64,000 nt of DNA from NCBI GenBank assembly GCA_017527675.1, contig JAFXPU010000008.1, positions 8,114 to 72,113 of the forward strand, read 5' to 3'. A program made the translations under genes and the position numbers. The notes below the pieces were generated by a model. That model was not told where the DNA came from. It saw only the letters and a list, made by a program, of their open reading frames with translations, and did not search any database. How positions within the stretch are numbered: position 1 is the first letter of the stretch; every line of letters begins with the position of its first letter. Positions 45,159 through 55,263 of the stretch are shown here, in pieces. The DNA is from Bacilli bacterium (GTDB taxonomy: Bacteria > Bacillota_I > Bacilli_A > RF39 > UBA660).

Positions 45159-45713
45159 ATGAATAAAGAATCAATTATTAAATTTTTAAAAGAACATGTT
45201 GGAATATTTTTAATAAATGTAATAATATTTATTGTATTATTCTTATTAATTCCATTAATGATTAATCATGTTAATCCAATTATCTGGCGTACATTATTTG
45301 TATTAACTATTATTGTGGTTACAGATTTATTTTATTTATTTAATAAAATGAAATATGAACATATATTATATAGTTTGTTAATATTATTTATTTTTAATTT
45401 AATATTCTTAGATTACTGTACAATACGTGATTTATATGGTATTACATCTCATGGTAGTTTGGATAAATCTCCTGCTATAATAGATGCTTTACTAGTTGAT
45501 ATGGTAATTGTCTTTATTGAGTATTTAACTTTATTTGTAACTCGTTTTATTAAAAATATAATAAATAAAAAGAAAAAAGTTAATAATACTACAGAAGAGC
45601 AAATAAAGGAAGAAAAAGTTGAAGAGAAAAAAATAGAACCAAAGAAAAAAACAACTACTAAGAAAGTAACTACTACTAAGAAAAAAACAACAACTAAAAA
45701 AACTACTAAATAA
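45159..45713 (+). CDS. Polytopic membrane protein with a K/T-rich repetitive tail
   Basis: Four hydrophobic segments. The C-terminus is KKKTTTKKVTTTKKKTTTKKTTK. Confidence 0.5.
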   Translation: MNKESIIKFLKEHVGIFLINVIIFIVLFLLIPLMINHVNPIIWRTLFVLTIIVVTDLFYLFNKMKYEHILYSLLILFIFNLIFLDYCTIRDLYGITSHGSLDKSPAIIDALLVDMVIVFIEYLTLFVTRFIKNIINKKKKVNNTTEEQIKEEKVEEKKIEPKKKTTTKKVTTTKKKTTTKKTTK

Positions 45714-45756
45714 TAGAAAGGAAAATATAGTTTAAACTATATTTTTTGTTGGGAAT

Positions 45757-47106
45757 ATGATGAAAAAAAGAAAATTAAAGTTTGATAATATTTTTATTGC
45801 TGTAAGTATTCTTTTTTTAGGTACATTATTTATTATTTATAGTACTCGTTTTATTCATTATTATCGTATAGAACATAAAAAGTTAAAAGCAGCTGATGTT
45901 ATTACTTTCAGCGAGTATTTAATTGATAATGATACTAATTTGAAAAAAGAAGGAAATAAATATATTTATACTGGAAATGATGTTAATAATTATGTAACAT
46001 ATTCTGGTTTAACTTTTAGAATTGTATCTATTGAAGATGGTAGTATTAAATTAGTTACTGATGAAACTATAACATCATTAGTTATGGATTATGATGATAG
46101 TGATTATCAAGATACTTATACTAATATTTGGTTAAATGATATTAAAGATGATTTAAATAGCGGTAAATTTGCATCTATCTTACAAGATAAAAATAAATAT
46201 TTAGTAAATACTAAAACATGTATTGATACTTTAGATAATTATGAAACTAAAAAATGTAAAAAATATAATGATGATTATTTAATTGGTATACTTTCTATTG
46301 ATGAATACATGAATGCTCTTGCTAATAATAGTTATTTAAATAATGGTACTTATTTTTGGTTAAGTAATAAGAATAAAGATGGAAATTACTGGTATGTATT
46401 TGATCAAGGTGGTATTGCGGATAAATCTAAAACAGAAACAACATATCATATATATGGTATTAGACCAACTATTACTTTAAATAAGAATGTTGCTTTTATT
46501 GATGGTAATGGTACTAAAGAAAATCCATATTATTTTGCTTTAAATGATAATAAATTACTAGTTAACCGTAATACCGGTGAATATGTTAATTATGGTGGAT
46601 ATACTTGGCGTATTATGGGCTTTGATAAAAATCAAAATGTTAAATTAGTTTTAGCTGATAAATTAAAAGTAAATGGCGAATTAATTGAACTTGCATATGA
46701 TCAAGGTGATAGTGCATATCTTAATACTATTGTTTATAATTATTTAAATAAAACATTCTATAATAGTTTAAAAAATAAGGAATTAGTTGTTAAACATACT
46801 TTTGATGATGGTATGTATAATAACTCAACTAAATATGATTATCGTGCTATTTATAATAAATCTACTGAATGTTATGTTGGTCTTTTAAATATTGGTGATT
46901 TATTTATTAATGATGTTGATAATGTATATTTAGCAACTAGATCAACTGTAAAGATGGAATATAGTATTCAAAATAATAAATTGTTTGTTGATTTAATAAC
47001 TAAGAAATTAAATATTAGACCTGTTATTTATTTAGATGGTAAATTGAATGTGAAGGGTACTGGTACAAAAAAAGACCCATTTGAAATAGGAGGTACTAAT
47101 GAATAA
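45757..47106 (+). CDS. Membrane-anchored extracellular protein with an internal two-module duplication
   Basis: N-terminal TM. Both modules start Y(V)(T/N)Y(S/G)G(L/Y)T(F/W)RI and end IRP(T/V)I.L......G(N/T)GTK(E/K)(N/D)P(Y/F). Confidence 0.55.
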   Translation: MMKKRKLKFDNIFIAVSILFLGTLFIIYSTRFIHYYRIEHKKLKAADVITFSEYLIDNDTNLKKEGNKYIYTGNDVNNYVTYSGLTFRIVSIEDGSIKLVTDETITSLVMDYDDSDYQDTYTNIWLNDIKDDLNSGKFASILQDKNKYLVNTKTCIDTLDNYETKKCKKYNDDYLIGILSIDEYMNALANNSYLNNGTYFWLSNKNKDGNYWYVFDQGGIADKSKTETTYHIYGIRPTITLNKNVAFIDGNGTKENPYYFALNDNKLLVNRNTGEYVNYGGYTWRIMGFDKNQNVKLVLADKLKVNGELIELAYDQGDSAYLNTIVYNYLNKTFYNSLKNKELVVKHTFDDGMYNNSTKYDYRAIYNKSTECYVGLLNIGDLFINDVDNVYLATRSTVKMEYSIQNNKLFVDLITKKLNIRPVIYLDGKLNVKGTGTKKDPFEIGGTNE

Positions 47107-48133
47107 GAAAACTAAAAAGAAAATATTTATGGGTATTTTAGGTTTTGGCGATGTTATGGCAATTATTTGTTTAGTTATCTTCTATAGTCCATTTTTTGGT
47201 TTTAAAGATTGGCTAGTTACAACAGCTATGTCAACAATGAAGCATAAATACATTGCTCGTACTTTTTATACTGATAAGATGATTAATGAAGTAATGTCTA
47301 GGAACTATATTGAGGATTTTAAAGAGAATACTGATACATCAAAGATAAATATTAATCAAATAGAAGAACAAGAGACATATGAATCAGTTTATGAACAAGA
47401 AATATTAGAACATAAAAAAGGTGAAGATTATAAAATAATTGAATTTGATGGTAATAATTATCATGTTAAAATAGCAGTTATTTATGATCCATCACGTGTA
47501 AGTTTATATACAATTCCAGCTTTTGGTAATTATGGAAACACTATAACTGAAATAGCTGAAGAATCGGGTGCTAAAGTAGCTATGAATGCTTCTGGTTTTA
47601 TGGATGCCAGTGGAAAAGGTCATGGTGGTACGCCAACTGGTACAGTTATAAAAAATGGCGAAGTTGTCTATCGTGGATATCCAACTGGATGGCCTGGAGG
47701 ATTCATTGGCTTTAATAAAGATCATATTTTAGTTTTAACTAAAGATTCAGCAGAAGATGCTATTGCTAAAGGTATGGTTGACGCTGTTGAATTTGGACCA
47801 TTCTTAGTTGTTAATGGTGAACCAGCAGAAATAGCTGGAAATGGTGGTAGTGGTACTCAACCACGTACTGCTATTGCTCAAAGACAAGATGGTGTAGTTT
47901 TATTTATTGTAGTTGATGGACATGGCCATGGTGGTATGAATTTCTCAGCACGTGGTGGTGTTACTTATAGTGAACTTATTGATATTTTAATGCGTTATAA
48001 AGCATATAATGCTGCTAACTTAGATGGTGGAGCTTCAACATCACTTGCTATTGAAGGCAGTCTATATAATAAGCCATGTGGCGTTGGTGGAACTGGTGAA
48101 CGTAATTTACCAACAGCTTGGATATTTAAATAA
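47099..48133 (+). CDS. Phosphodiester glycosidase (DUF2233) family protein, membrane-anchored
   Basis: AMNASGF, QPRTAIAQRQDGVVLFIVVDG and ANLDGGASTSL. Confidence 0.6.
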   Translation: MNKKTKKKIFMGILGFGDVMAIICLVIFYSPFFGFKDWLVTTAMSTMKHKYIARTFYTDKMINEVMSRNYIEDFKENTDTSKININQIEEQETYESVYEQEILEHKKGEDYKIIEFDGNNYHVKIAVIYDPSRVSLYTIPAFGNYGNTITEIAEESGAKVAMNASGFMDASGKGHGGTPTGTVIKNGEVVYRGYPTGWPGGFIGFNKDHILVLTKDSAEDAIAKGMVDAVEFGPFLVVNGEPAEIAGNGGSGTQPRTAIAQRQDGVVLFIVVDGHGHGGMNFSARGGVTYSELIDILMRYKAYNAANLDGGASTSLAIEGSLYNKPCGVGGTGERNLPTAWIFK

Positions 48134-48205
48134 AATTAAAAAAATTACTTTTAAAAAAAAGGAAATTGGAAAAAAAACAATAATAATATAATTAGGAGGA
48201 ATAAA

Positions 48206-49654
48206 ATGAAAAAGATTATATTATTGTTGTTTTTATTTTGTTTTAGTGTTTCACGTGTTTGGGCTGTATATTTTTATTATGGTGATTCATTAGTTCCTAA
48301 TATGTATATGGTTAGAAATAGTGGAAGTGCTGCTGAATCATCTGCTGTTTACCTAGTAAAAAGGGTAGATACTAAGGAATATGCTTATTGTATTGAACCC
48401 TTAACGCTTTTAAATCGTGATAGTAATTATATTGAATATAATTACAATAATCCTGGTTTTAATTTATCTGATGAAATAATAAAAAAAATTAATTTAATAG
48501 CCTATTATGGTTATGAATATCCAACCCATAATGATATTACTTGGTATGGAGTTACGCAGTATTTAATTTGGAAAACAATTTATCCAACTTATGCTTTTTA
48601 TTTTGCTGATGCGCGTTTTGGTAACATGGTAAATACTTATGATAGTATGGTTTTAGAATTAATGAATTTAGTTGATAAAGATTTAAAAGGGTTAGATTTA
48701 AAAAATAGTTATGATTTAAAAACAGGAAAGGAATATATTCTTTTAGAAAATGATTTATTAAATAATTATGAGATTGAAAATAATAATGATTTAGATATTA
48801 AAATTATAGATAATAAACTTGTAGTTAAGTCTTTAAAAAGTGGTAATTATAGTATTAAATTAAAACACAAAAATTGGCGTTTTAATCATTATTTTTTATA
48901 TGATAGTGCTGATGCTCAAGATTTATTTATTAGTGGTCATATTGATACAGAATATAGTATTAATTTAAGTTTTGAAGATACTAAGTTAACCATCTATAAA
49001 GTTGATAGTGATTATCCTAAATATGGTAATTTTAAAACTGATGGGGCAATTTATAATCTATATGATAGTGCTAATAAGTTAGTAGCATCATCAGTAGTTA
49101 GGGATAGTAAAATGGAATTTATTTTACCTCTAGGTATTTATTATTTAGAAGAGGTAAAACCAAGTCTAGGTTTTAAACTTAATTTAGAAAAAGAAAAAAT
49201 TAATCTAGATAAAGAAATGGAATATACAACTTATGAAGATAGAGATTATAAACATGTTAAAATTCATAAGCAATATAATATAAAAAAAGAATTATATGAT
49301 GAAGAAGGTGCTATTTTTGATTTATATTTAGATGATACTAAAATAGAAGAATTAACAACCAATGATAAAGGAATAATCGAAATAGATTTACCTTATGGTA
49401 ATTATAAATTAATACAAGTAGGTGGAATAGATGGTTATAATTTTAGTACAGATTATAAGTTTATTATTGATTCAAATTATAAAGATGATACTATTGAATT
49501 AATTAATTATAAAAAGGAAGTATTAGGTGATAAAACAATTATTATTAAGTATGAAGATGTACCTAATACTTATTTAGATGATACTGATACTTATTATTCT
49601 TTATATAAATTAATATTAATATTAATGGATATTTTTGAAAAAATTTATCTTTAG
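48206..49654 (+). CDS. Secreted thioester-domain (TED)-like adhesin with Cna-B/SpaA-type stalk domains
   Basis: Signal peptide. YAYCIEP and VTQYLIW match the Cys and Gln thioester motifs as I recall them. Two Cna-B-like motifs are present (GIYYLEEVKPSLGFKL; GNYKLIQVGGIDGYNF). There is no canonical LPXTG. Confidence 0.55.
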   Translation: MKKIILLLFLFCFSVSRVWAVYFYYGDSLVPNMYMVRNSGSAAESSAVYLVKRVDTKEYAYCIEPLTLLNRDSNYIEYNYNNPGFNLSDEIIKKINLIAYYGYEYPTHNDITWYGVTQYLIWKTIYPTYAFYFADARFGNMVNTYDSMVLELMNLVDKDLKGLDLKNSYDLKTGKEYILLENDLLNNYEIENNNDLDIKIIDNKLVVKSLKSGNYSIKLKHKNWRFNHYFLYDSADAQDLFISGHIDTEYSINLSFEDTKLTIYKVDSDYPKYGNFKTDGAIYNLYDSANKLVASSVVRDSKMEFILPLGIYYLEEVKPSLGFKLNLEKEKINLDKEMEYTTYEDRDYKHVKIHKQYNIKKELYDEEGAIFDLYLDDTKIEELTTNDKGIIEIDLPYGNYKLIQVGGIDGYNFSTDYKFIIDSNYKDDTIELINYKKEVLGDKTIIIKYEDVPNTYLDDTDTYYSLYKLILILMDIFEKIYL

Positions 49655-50147
49655 TTTAATATGCCTTATGTTTGTTTGCTTTATTTCTTTTAATTATCCA
49701 GAATGTAAAAAGATTATTAAAAGAAATGTTATAAAGGATAATACGTATAATTATAATGATACATATATAGCAGTATTAGAAATACCTATAATAGGTTTTA
49801 AAAGGGGATTATATGATAAAGATTCTCCTTTAAATGATGTTGATAAGCAAATAGCTTTTTTACCCAATACAGAGTATCCTAATAATAATTCCAATACAGT
49901 TATTGTGGGTCATTCTGGTAATAGTCAATATGCTTATTTTAATGATTTAGATAAACTAGATATAGGAGATATAATATTTTTTTACTATGACAAGACAAAG
50001 TATGAATTTATTATTGATAATATTTATTTGGTTTTAAAAACAGGTGCTGTTGAAGTTCAAAAGAATGAAAATAAGATGACGTTAACTTTAATAACTTGTT
50101 TTAAAGACAATTATCAATTAGTAATTGTAGCCAACAAAAAAGAGTAG
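49635..50147 (+). CDS. Small sortase-family transpeptidase (atypical)
   Basis: TM anchor, His motif VIVGHSG, and Cys motif LTLITC. The start is uncertain: TTG 49635 has no clear RBS, and an in-frame ATG lies at 49668. Confidence 0.65.
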   Translation: MKKFIFSLICLMFVCFISFNYPECKKIIKRNVIKDNTYNYNDTYIAVLEIPIIGFKRGLYDKDSPLNDVDKQIAFLPNTEYPNNNSNTVIVGHSGNSQYAYFNDLDKLDIGDIIFFYYDKTKYEFIIDNIYLVLKTGAVEVQKNENKMTLTLITCFKDNYQLVIVANKKE

Positions 50148-50167
50148 ATAACTACTCTTATTTTTTT
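50136..50167. terminator. Bidirectional terminator between the convergent sortase and rnj genes
   Basis: Stem aagagtag/ctactctt flanked by an A-run and a T-run; it covers both stop codons. Confidence 0.6.
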
Positions 50168-51828
50168 ATGTTCATAATGATTGGTAAAATAATTGGATTA
50201 CGTCCAACACTATCATAAATAAATGTTGATAGGCTGTTTGTTACTTCTTGTTTAATATCTTGATAGTTGATTGGTAATTTAAGTTTTCTTAAACAAGCTT
50301 CTTTAGCAATATCTTCCATTTGCTTTAATAATTCTAAATTTTCTTGAATAAGTACAAATCCTCTTGTTGTGATATTTGGACTTGTTAGTAGGGTACCTGT
50401 TTTAACATCTATATTTAAAACAGCTATAACAATACCATCAGATGACATAATTTTACGATCATGCATAACAGCTGCACCAATTTCACCAATACGTTCACCA
50501 TCAATATAGACATCACCAGCTGGTACTTTACCACCGCGTTTAGCAATACCATTATTAATAGTAACAACATCACCATTTTCACATACAAAGGTATTTTCTT
50601 TAGGCATACCACAATCAACAGCTAAATCAGCATGGCTTTTAAGCATACGATATTCACCATGGAATGGCATAAAGTATTTTGGTTTAAATAATCTTAACAT
50701 TAATTTTAATTCTTCTTGATTACCATGTCCAGATGTATGAACTTCAGCTAAAGAAGTATTAGTACATACTTTAACACCTTGTAAATATAGCATATTAATG
50801 GTTTTAGCAATGCTTAACGAATTACCTGGTATAGCAGATGATGATAAGATTACTAAATCATCCTGTTGCAATTTTATTTGTCTATGAGATCCATTAGCAA
50901 TACGTGAAAGTGCTGCTAGCGGTTCACCTTGAGAACCTGTACAAAGTAGACATACTTCATTAGGATCTAATTGATTTGCTTCTTCAGGTGTTACAAAGAC
51001 ATCTTTATGCTTGATATATCCTTCTTTTAGGGATATTTCAATATTGTTTTCCATACTACGACCAAATATAGCTATTTTACGGTTATTTCTTTTACAAGAA
51101 TCAACAATATGTTTTAAACGATATATATTAGAAGCAAATGTAGCTATAATAATACGTCCATTATGTTCTTCAAATATTTCAGATAAAGCCATATCAACTT
51201 TAGATTCAGATACACTCATACCTGGATTTAGAGCATTAGTACTATCACTTAATAATAATGTTACACCTTCAGAACCAATTTTAGCCATCTTATGTAAGTT
51301 AGCCATTGGACCAATTGGTGTTAAGTCGAATTTAAAGTCACCTGTTGTGACGATAGTACCATTTGGTGTACGGATAATAATTCCGTGTGAATCAGGGATT
51401 GAGTGAGTAGTGCGATAAAACTCTACTGACATATTTTTAAACTTAACAACCGTATCTTCATTATAAACAAATAAGTTATCATATCTAATATTATGATCTT
51501 CTAGTTTCTTTTTTATTAGGCCTACAGCTTGGTTAGGAGCATAAATAGCTGGTATATTTACTGTTTGTAATAAATAAGGAATACCACCGATATGATCTTC
51601 ATGACCATGGGTTATAAATAAAGCTTTAATTTTATCTTCATTTTTCTTTAAAAATGTGAAATCCGGAATAATATAATCGACGCCAAGAAGTTCATTTGAT
51701 GGAAATGTAATACCTACATCAGTAATGATTAGTTCATTTCCTGTCATTACACAATACATATTTTTACCAACTTCTCCTAAACCACCTAAAGCAAAGACAC
51801 TAGTTTCTTTACTATTTAATGTTTTCAA
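50158..51828 (-). CDS. rnj: Ribonuclease J
   Basis: Metallo-beta-lactamase motif THGHEDHIGG, a beta-CASP region and the RNase J C-terminal domain. TTG start follows AAAGGAG. Confidence 0.9.
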   Translation of the reverse strand: MKTLNSKETSVFALGGLGEVGKNMYCVMTGNELIITDVGITFPSNELLGVDYIIPDFTFLKKNEDKIKALFITHGHEDHIGGIPYLLQTVNIPAIYAPNQAVGLIKKKLEDHNIRYDNLFVYNEDTVVKFKNMSVEFYRTTHSIPDSHGIIIRTPNGTIVTTGDFKFDLTPIGPMANLHKMAKIGSEGVTLLLSDSTNALNPGMSVSESKVDMALSEIFEEHNGRIIIATFASNIYRLKHIVDSCKRNNRKIAIFGRSMENNIEISLKEGYIKHKDVFVTPEEANQLDPNEVCLLCTGSQGEPLAALSRIANGSHRQIKLQQDDLVILSSSAIPGNSLSIAKTINMLYLQGVKVCTNTSLAEVHTSGHGNQEELKLMLRLFKPKYFMPFHGEYRMLKSHADLAVDCGMPKENTFVCENGDVVTINNGIAKRGGKVPAGDVYIDGERIGEIGAAVMHDRKIMSSDGIVIAVLNIDVKTGTLLTSPNITTRGFVLIQENLELLKQMEDIAKEACLRKLKLPINYQDIKQEVTNSLSTFIYDSVGRNPIILPIIMNIKK

Positions 51829-51954
51829 AATAATCTCCTTTCTTAAAGTTTCAAATTCAACTACTTAATTATACCTTTTTTTTAAAATCTTGTCTATATT
51901 TGTTTATTTTTTTTTGAAAATATAGTAAAATGATTAAAGAATAGGGTGGATGAA

Positions 51955-52926
51955 ATGGGTATATTTAACAAAATTAAAAATATCTTTAGTACCAATAATA
52001 AGGATCCGGAAATTCAAAAATACGATGAAGGTTTAGAGAAGAGTCGTAAGTACTTTTCTAATAAAATAAATATTTTAAATTCTAAATATAAAAAAGTTTC
52101 TAATGCTTATTTTGAAGAATTAGAAGAAATACTTATTATGGCTGATATTGGTGTTAATACAGTTATGGAGTTTATTGATAAACTTAAAAAACGTGTTAAA
52201 AGTGAAAATATCGAAGATACAGAAGATTTAAAAGAAGTAATTGTTGATGAAATGTTTATTATTTATGTTAATGATGAAATAGTTGTTAATAAAATTAACT
52301 TTGCTTCTGAAGGGCCAACAGTTATCTTATTTGTTGGTGTTAATGGTGTTGGTAAAACAACTACTATAGGTAAGATAGCCAACAAGTTAGTTAATGATAA
52401 TAAGAAAGTTATGATGGTAGCTGGTGATACATTCAGAGCTGGTGCTATTGAACAATTAAAAGAGTGGGGTGCAAGAACAAATTCATATGTTGCTTCATCT
52501 GAAAATAAAGACCCATCTAGTGTTATTTTTGATGCCTGTAAGAAAGCTAAAGATGAAAACTATGATGTAGTTTTGATAGACACAGCTGGGCGCTTACAAA
52601 ATAAAGTTAATTTAATGTCTGAGTTGGAGAAGATGAATAAAGTGATTGGTAAAGTAATTGAAGGTGGACCTCACGAAACTTTACTTGTTATTGATGCCAC
52701 TACAGGTCAAAATGGTATTTCTCAAGCTAAGGAATTTAAAAATATAACTAATATAACTGGTATTGTTTTAACCAAATTAGATGGTACTGCTAAAGGTGGT
52801 ATTGTACTAGCTATTAAGGAAAATTTAAATATACCAGTAAAGTTTATTGGTTTAGGTGAAAAAGCCGAAGATTTGAGAGTCTTTGATATTGAAAAATATA
52901 TCTATGGCTTATTTAAGGATATGTGA
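51955..52926 (+). CDS. ftsY: Signal recognition particle receptor FtsY
   Basis: GVNGVGKTTTIGK, DTAGRLQNK and TKLDGTAKGG. Confidence 0.95.
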   Translation: MGIFNKIKNIFSTNNKDPEIQKYDEGLEKSRKYFSNKINILNSKYKKVSNAYFEELEEILIMADIGVNTVMEFIDKLKKRVKSENIEDTEDLKEVIVDEMFIIYVNDEIVVNKINFASEGPTVILFVGVNGVGKTTTIGKIANKLVNDNKKVMMVAGDTFRAGAIEQLKEWGARTNSYVASSENKDPSSVIFDACKKAKDENYDVVLIDTAGRLQNKVNLMSELEKMNKVIGKVIEGGPHETLLVIDATTGQNGISQAKEFKNITNITGIVLTKLDGTAKGGIVLAIKENLNIPVKFIGLGEKAEDLRVFDIEKYIYGLFKDM

Positions 52927-52929
52927 TTT

Positions 52930-53196
52930 ATGAACGATAAAGTTGTAAAAGTTAAGACTGATAAAAAGCAATTATTCTTTATAATACAAATAATAGCTGT
53001 TTCTATTATGTTAGTAATAGGTGGTGTATCATTATTTATTAAGAATCTATTACCATTCTTTTATCTAGCACTTTCTATTAATATGATTGTTTTAACAGTT
53101 AATAATTTTTTGTTTTTAAAAAAACCATATATGTGGTTAGTATATTTAGCATTTGCTATTTATACCTTTATTTTATTTATTAAAGGAATAATGTAA
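52930..53196 (+). CDS. Small membrane protein (88 aa)
   Basis: Three hydrophobic segments; lies between ftsY and ylxM. Confidence 0.45.
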   Translation: MNDKVVKVKTDKKQLFFIIQIIAVSIMLVIGGVSLFIKNLLPFFYLALSINMIVLTVNNFLFLKKPYMWLVYLAFAIYTFILFIKGIM

Positions 53197-53489
53197 TGGA
53201 AAATAGTATTTATTTAAGTACTTTATATGATTATTATGGTGAATTATTAACCGATAAGCAAAAAAATATTTTTGAAAGTTATTATTTTGATAATTTATCT
53301 TTACAAGAAATAGCTGATGATGAAGGGGTTTCACGTAATGCTATTCATAAGACTTTGCAAGCAACAGAAGATAAATTAAATTATTATGAAGATAAGTTAA
53401 ATTTATATAAGAATAGAAAAAAGATTAATAAACTTCTAGAAAAGATAGATGATGATAAATTAAAAGAAAGTATCAATGAATTGATATAG
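53196..53489 (+). CDS. ylxM: YlxM/UPF0122 putative HTH protein
   Basis: LYDYYGELLTDKQKNIFESYYFDNLSLQEIADDEGVSRNAIHKTLQ is the typical YlxM sequence. Confidence 0.85.
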   Translation: MENSIYLSTLYDYYGELLTDKQKNIFESYYFDNLSLQEIADDEGVSRNAIHKTLQATEDKLNYYEDKLNLYKNRKKINKLLEKIDDDKLKESINELI

Positions 53490-53505
53490 GAAAGGGGTTA
53501 TATAT

Positions 53506-55263
53506 ATGTTTGGAAAAATAGTATATATTACAGATAACTTGGCACATATTGCTATACCAGAAGGCACACCAGTTGCTATGAATCTTATGAATATGCACGT
53601 TATATTTGAAGATGATAAAAAGAAAATATTAGGTGAAGTTGAAGATATTTCTAATGAATTAATTAAAGTACGTTTCTTAGGTGAAATTGTCAACAATAAA
53701 TTCGTTGGTGGTGTTATTCGTAAACCTACATTATCTGCAAATATTCGTATTATTTCTCAAGATGAATTAAAACTAGTTGTAGGTGAGGCTAAACCAGGAA
53801 CATTTATGTTAGGTGTATCACCTTTATATGATGATATTCCAATTAATGTTGATATTAATGAAATATGTTCAAACCACTTAGCAATATTTGGTAATACAGG
53901 TTCAGGTAAATCATATGGTGTTGCTAGATTCTTACAAAGTTTATTTTATAATAAAGACTTTGTTCCATTTAAAGCAAACTTTATGATTTTTGATGCTTAT
54001 GGTGAGTATCATAATGCATTTAATCGTATTAATGAAGTTAATCCTAATTATAACTTTAAATTCTATACAACAAACCGTATGCAATTAAAAGAGGGTGGCG
54101 AATTACTTCGTATTCCACTTTGGCTATTAACACTTGACGACTTTGCATTACTTTTAAATGCTGAACGTCATTCACAATTGCCAATTATTGAGCGTATGCT
54201 TAAATTAGTACGTGTATTTGCCACAGATTCAGATATTTCTGAAAGATATAAAAATCACTTAATAGCATCAGCTATTATGAATATTATGTATACTAACCAA
54301 ACTGCTGCTTCTAAACGTAATGACATCTTTGCTATTCTAGCATCATGTTCAACAGAAAAATTTAATCTTGAAGCACCTGTTCAAGGATTAGGTTATGTTC
54401 GTAAGTTCCGTGAATGTTTCTTAATTGATACATCTGGACAATTTACTGAAAGTATTTTAGTTACTCAATATATAACTTCATTTATAGATGAAGATTTGGA
54501 AAAATATGAACCAACAGCTGATCATTTCTTTACTCTAGAAGATTTGGAAAAAGCTTTACAATTTACTTTGATTTCTGAAGGTTTACTTCGTAATGAAAGA
54601 TTATATGATGAAGCTGTAACTTTAAAGGTTAGACTTCACTCTATAGCTATTGGTGAAGCAAAAGATTTCTTTGATTTTCCAAACTATATTACAGCAGAAG
54701 ATTATATAGCATCACTTGTTACTTTAAATGGTAAAAAAGCTCAAATAGTTAACTTCAACCTTGAAGATGCTGATGATCGTATAGCTAAAACAATTGTTAA
54801 AATTTATGCCAAATTATTATTTGATTTCTGTAAACGTTTACCTGTACGTGCTTCTATTCCATTCCATGTAGTATTGGAGGAATCACACAGATACGTACAA
54901 AATGATAATGATAATTTCTTACTTGGTTATAATATATTTGAAAGAATTGCTAAGGAAGGCCGTAAATTTGGTATTCTTTTATACTTAATTTCTCAAAGAC
55001 CAGTTGAACTTTCTGAAACCGTTATTTCACAGTGTTCATCTTTCTATATCTTTAAGATGACCCATCCACGTGATTTGGATTATATTAAAAAGATGTTACC
55101 AAATATGTCGGCAGAGATTATGGAAAAACAAAAGAGTTTGCAGCCTGGTACTTGTGTCGCGTTTGGTAAGGCATTTAAAATACCAATGCTAGTAAAGATG
55201 CCATTACCAAATCCAGAACCATATTCTTCAAATGCTGATATTGTAGCTCGTTGGACGTCTTAA
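53506..55263 (+). CDS. HerA/DUF87-type (FtsK-HerA superfamily) P-loop ATPase
   Basis: N-terminal beta-barrel-like region (GKIVYITDNLAHIAIPEG...GEVEDISNELIKVRFLGEI), Walker A FGNTGSGKSYG, and Walker B FHVVLEESHRYV. It follows ylxM by 17 nt with no intervening terminator. Confidence 0.7.
   Translation: MFGKIVYITDNLAHIAIPEGTPVAMNLMNMHVIFEDDKKKILGEVEDISNELIKVRFLGEIVNNKFVGGVIRKPTLSANIRIISQDELKLVVGEAKPGTFMLGVSPLYDDIPINVDINEICSNHLAIFGNTGSGKSYGVARFLQSLFYNKDFVPFKANFMIFDAYGEYHNAFNRINEVNPNYNFKFYTTNRMQLKEGGELLRIPLWLLTLDDFALLLNAERHSQLPIIERMLKLVRVFATDSDISERYKNHLIASAIMNIMYTNQTAASKRNDIFAILASCSTEKFNLEAPVQGLGYVRKFRECFLIDTSGQFTESILVTQYITSFIDEDLEKYEPTADHFFTLEDLEKALQFTLISEGLLRNERLYDEAVTLKVRLHSIAIGEAKDFFDFPNYITAEDYIASLVTLNGKKAQIVNFNLEDADDRIAKTIVKIYAKLLFDFCKRLPVRASIPFHVVLEESHRYVQNDNDNFLLGYNIFERIAKEGRKFGILLYLISQRPVELSETVISQCSSFYIFKMTHPRDLDYIKKMLPNMSAEIMEKQKSLQPGTCVAFGKAFKIPMLVKMPLPNPEPYSSNADIVARWTS

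Noticed and set aside
45590-45713. Repetitive AAA/ACT/ACA stretch (KKTTTKK repeats)
   Set aside because: This is a coding low-complexity tail of a membrane protein with imperfect short repeats only. There are no spacer-repeat architecture features.
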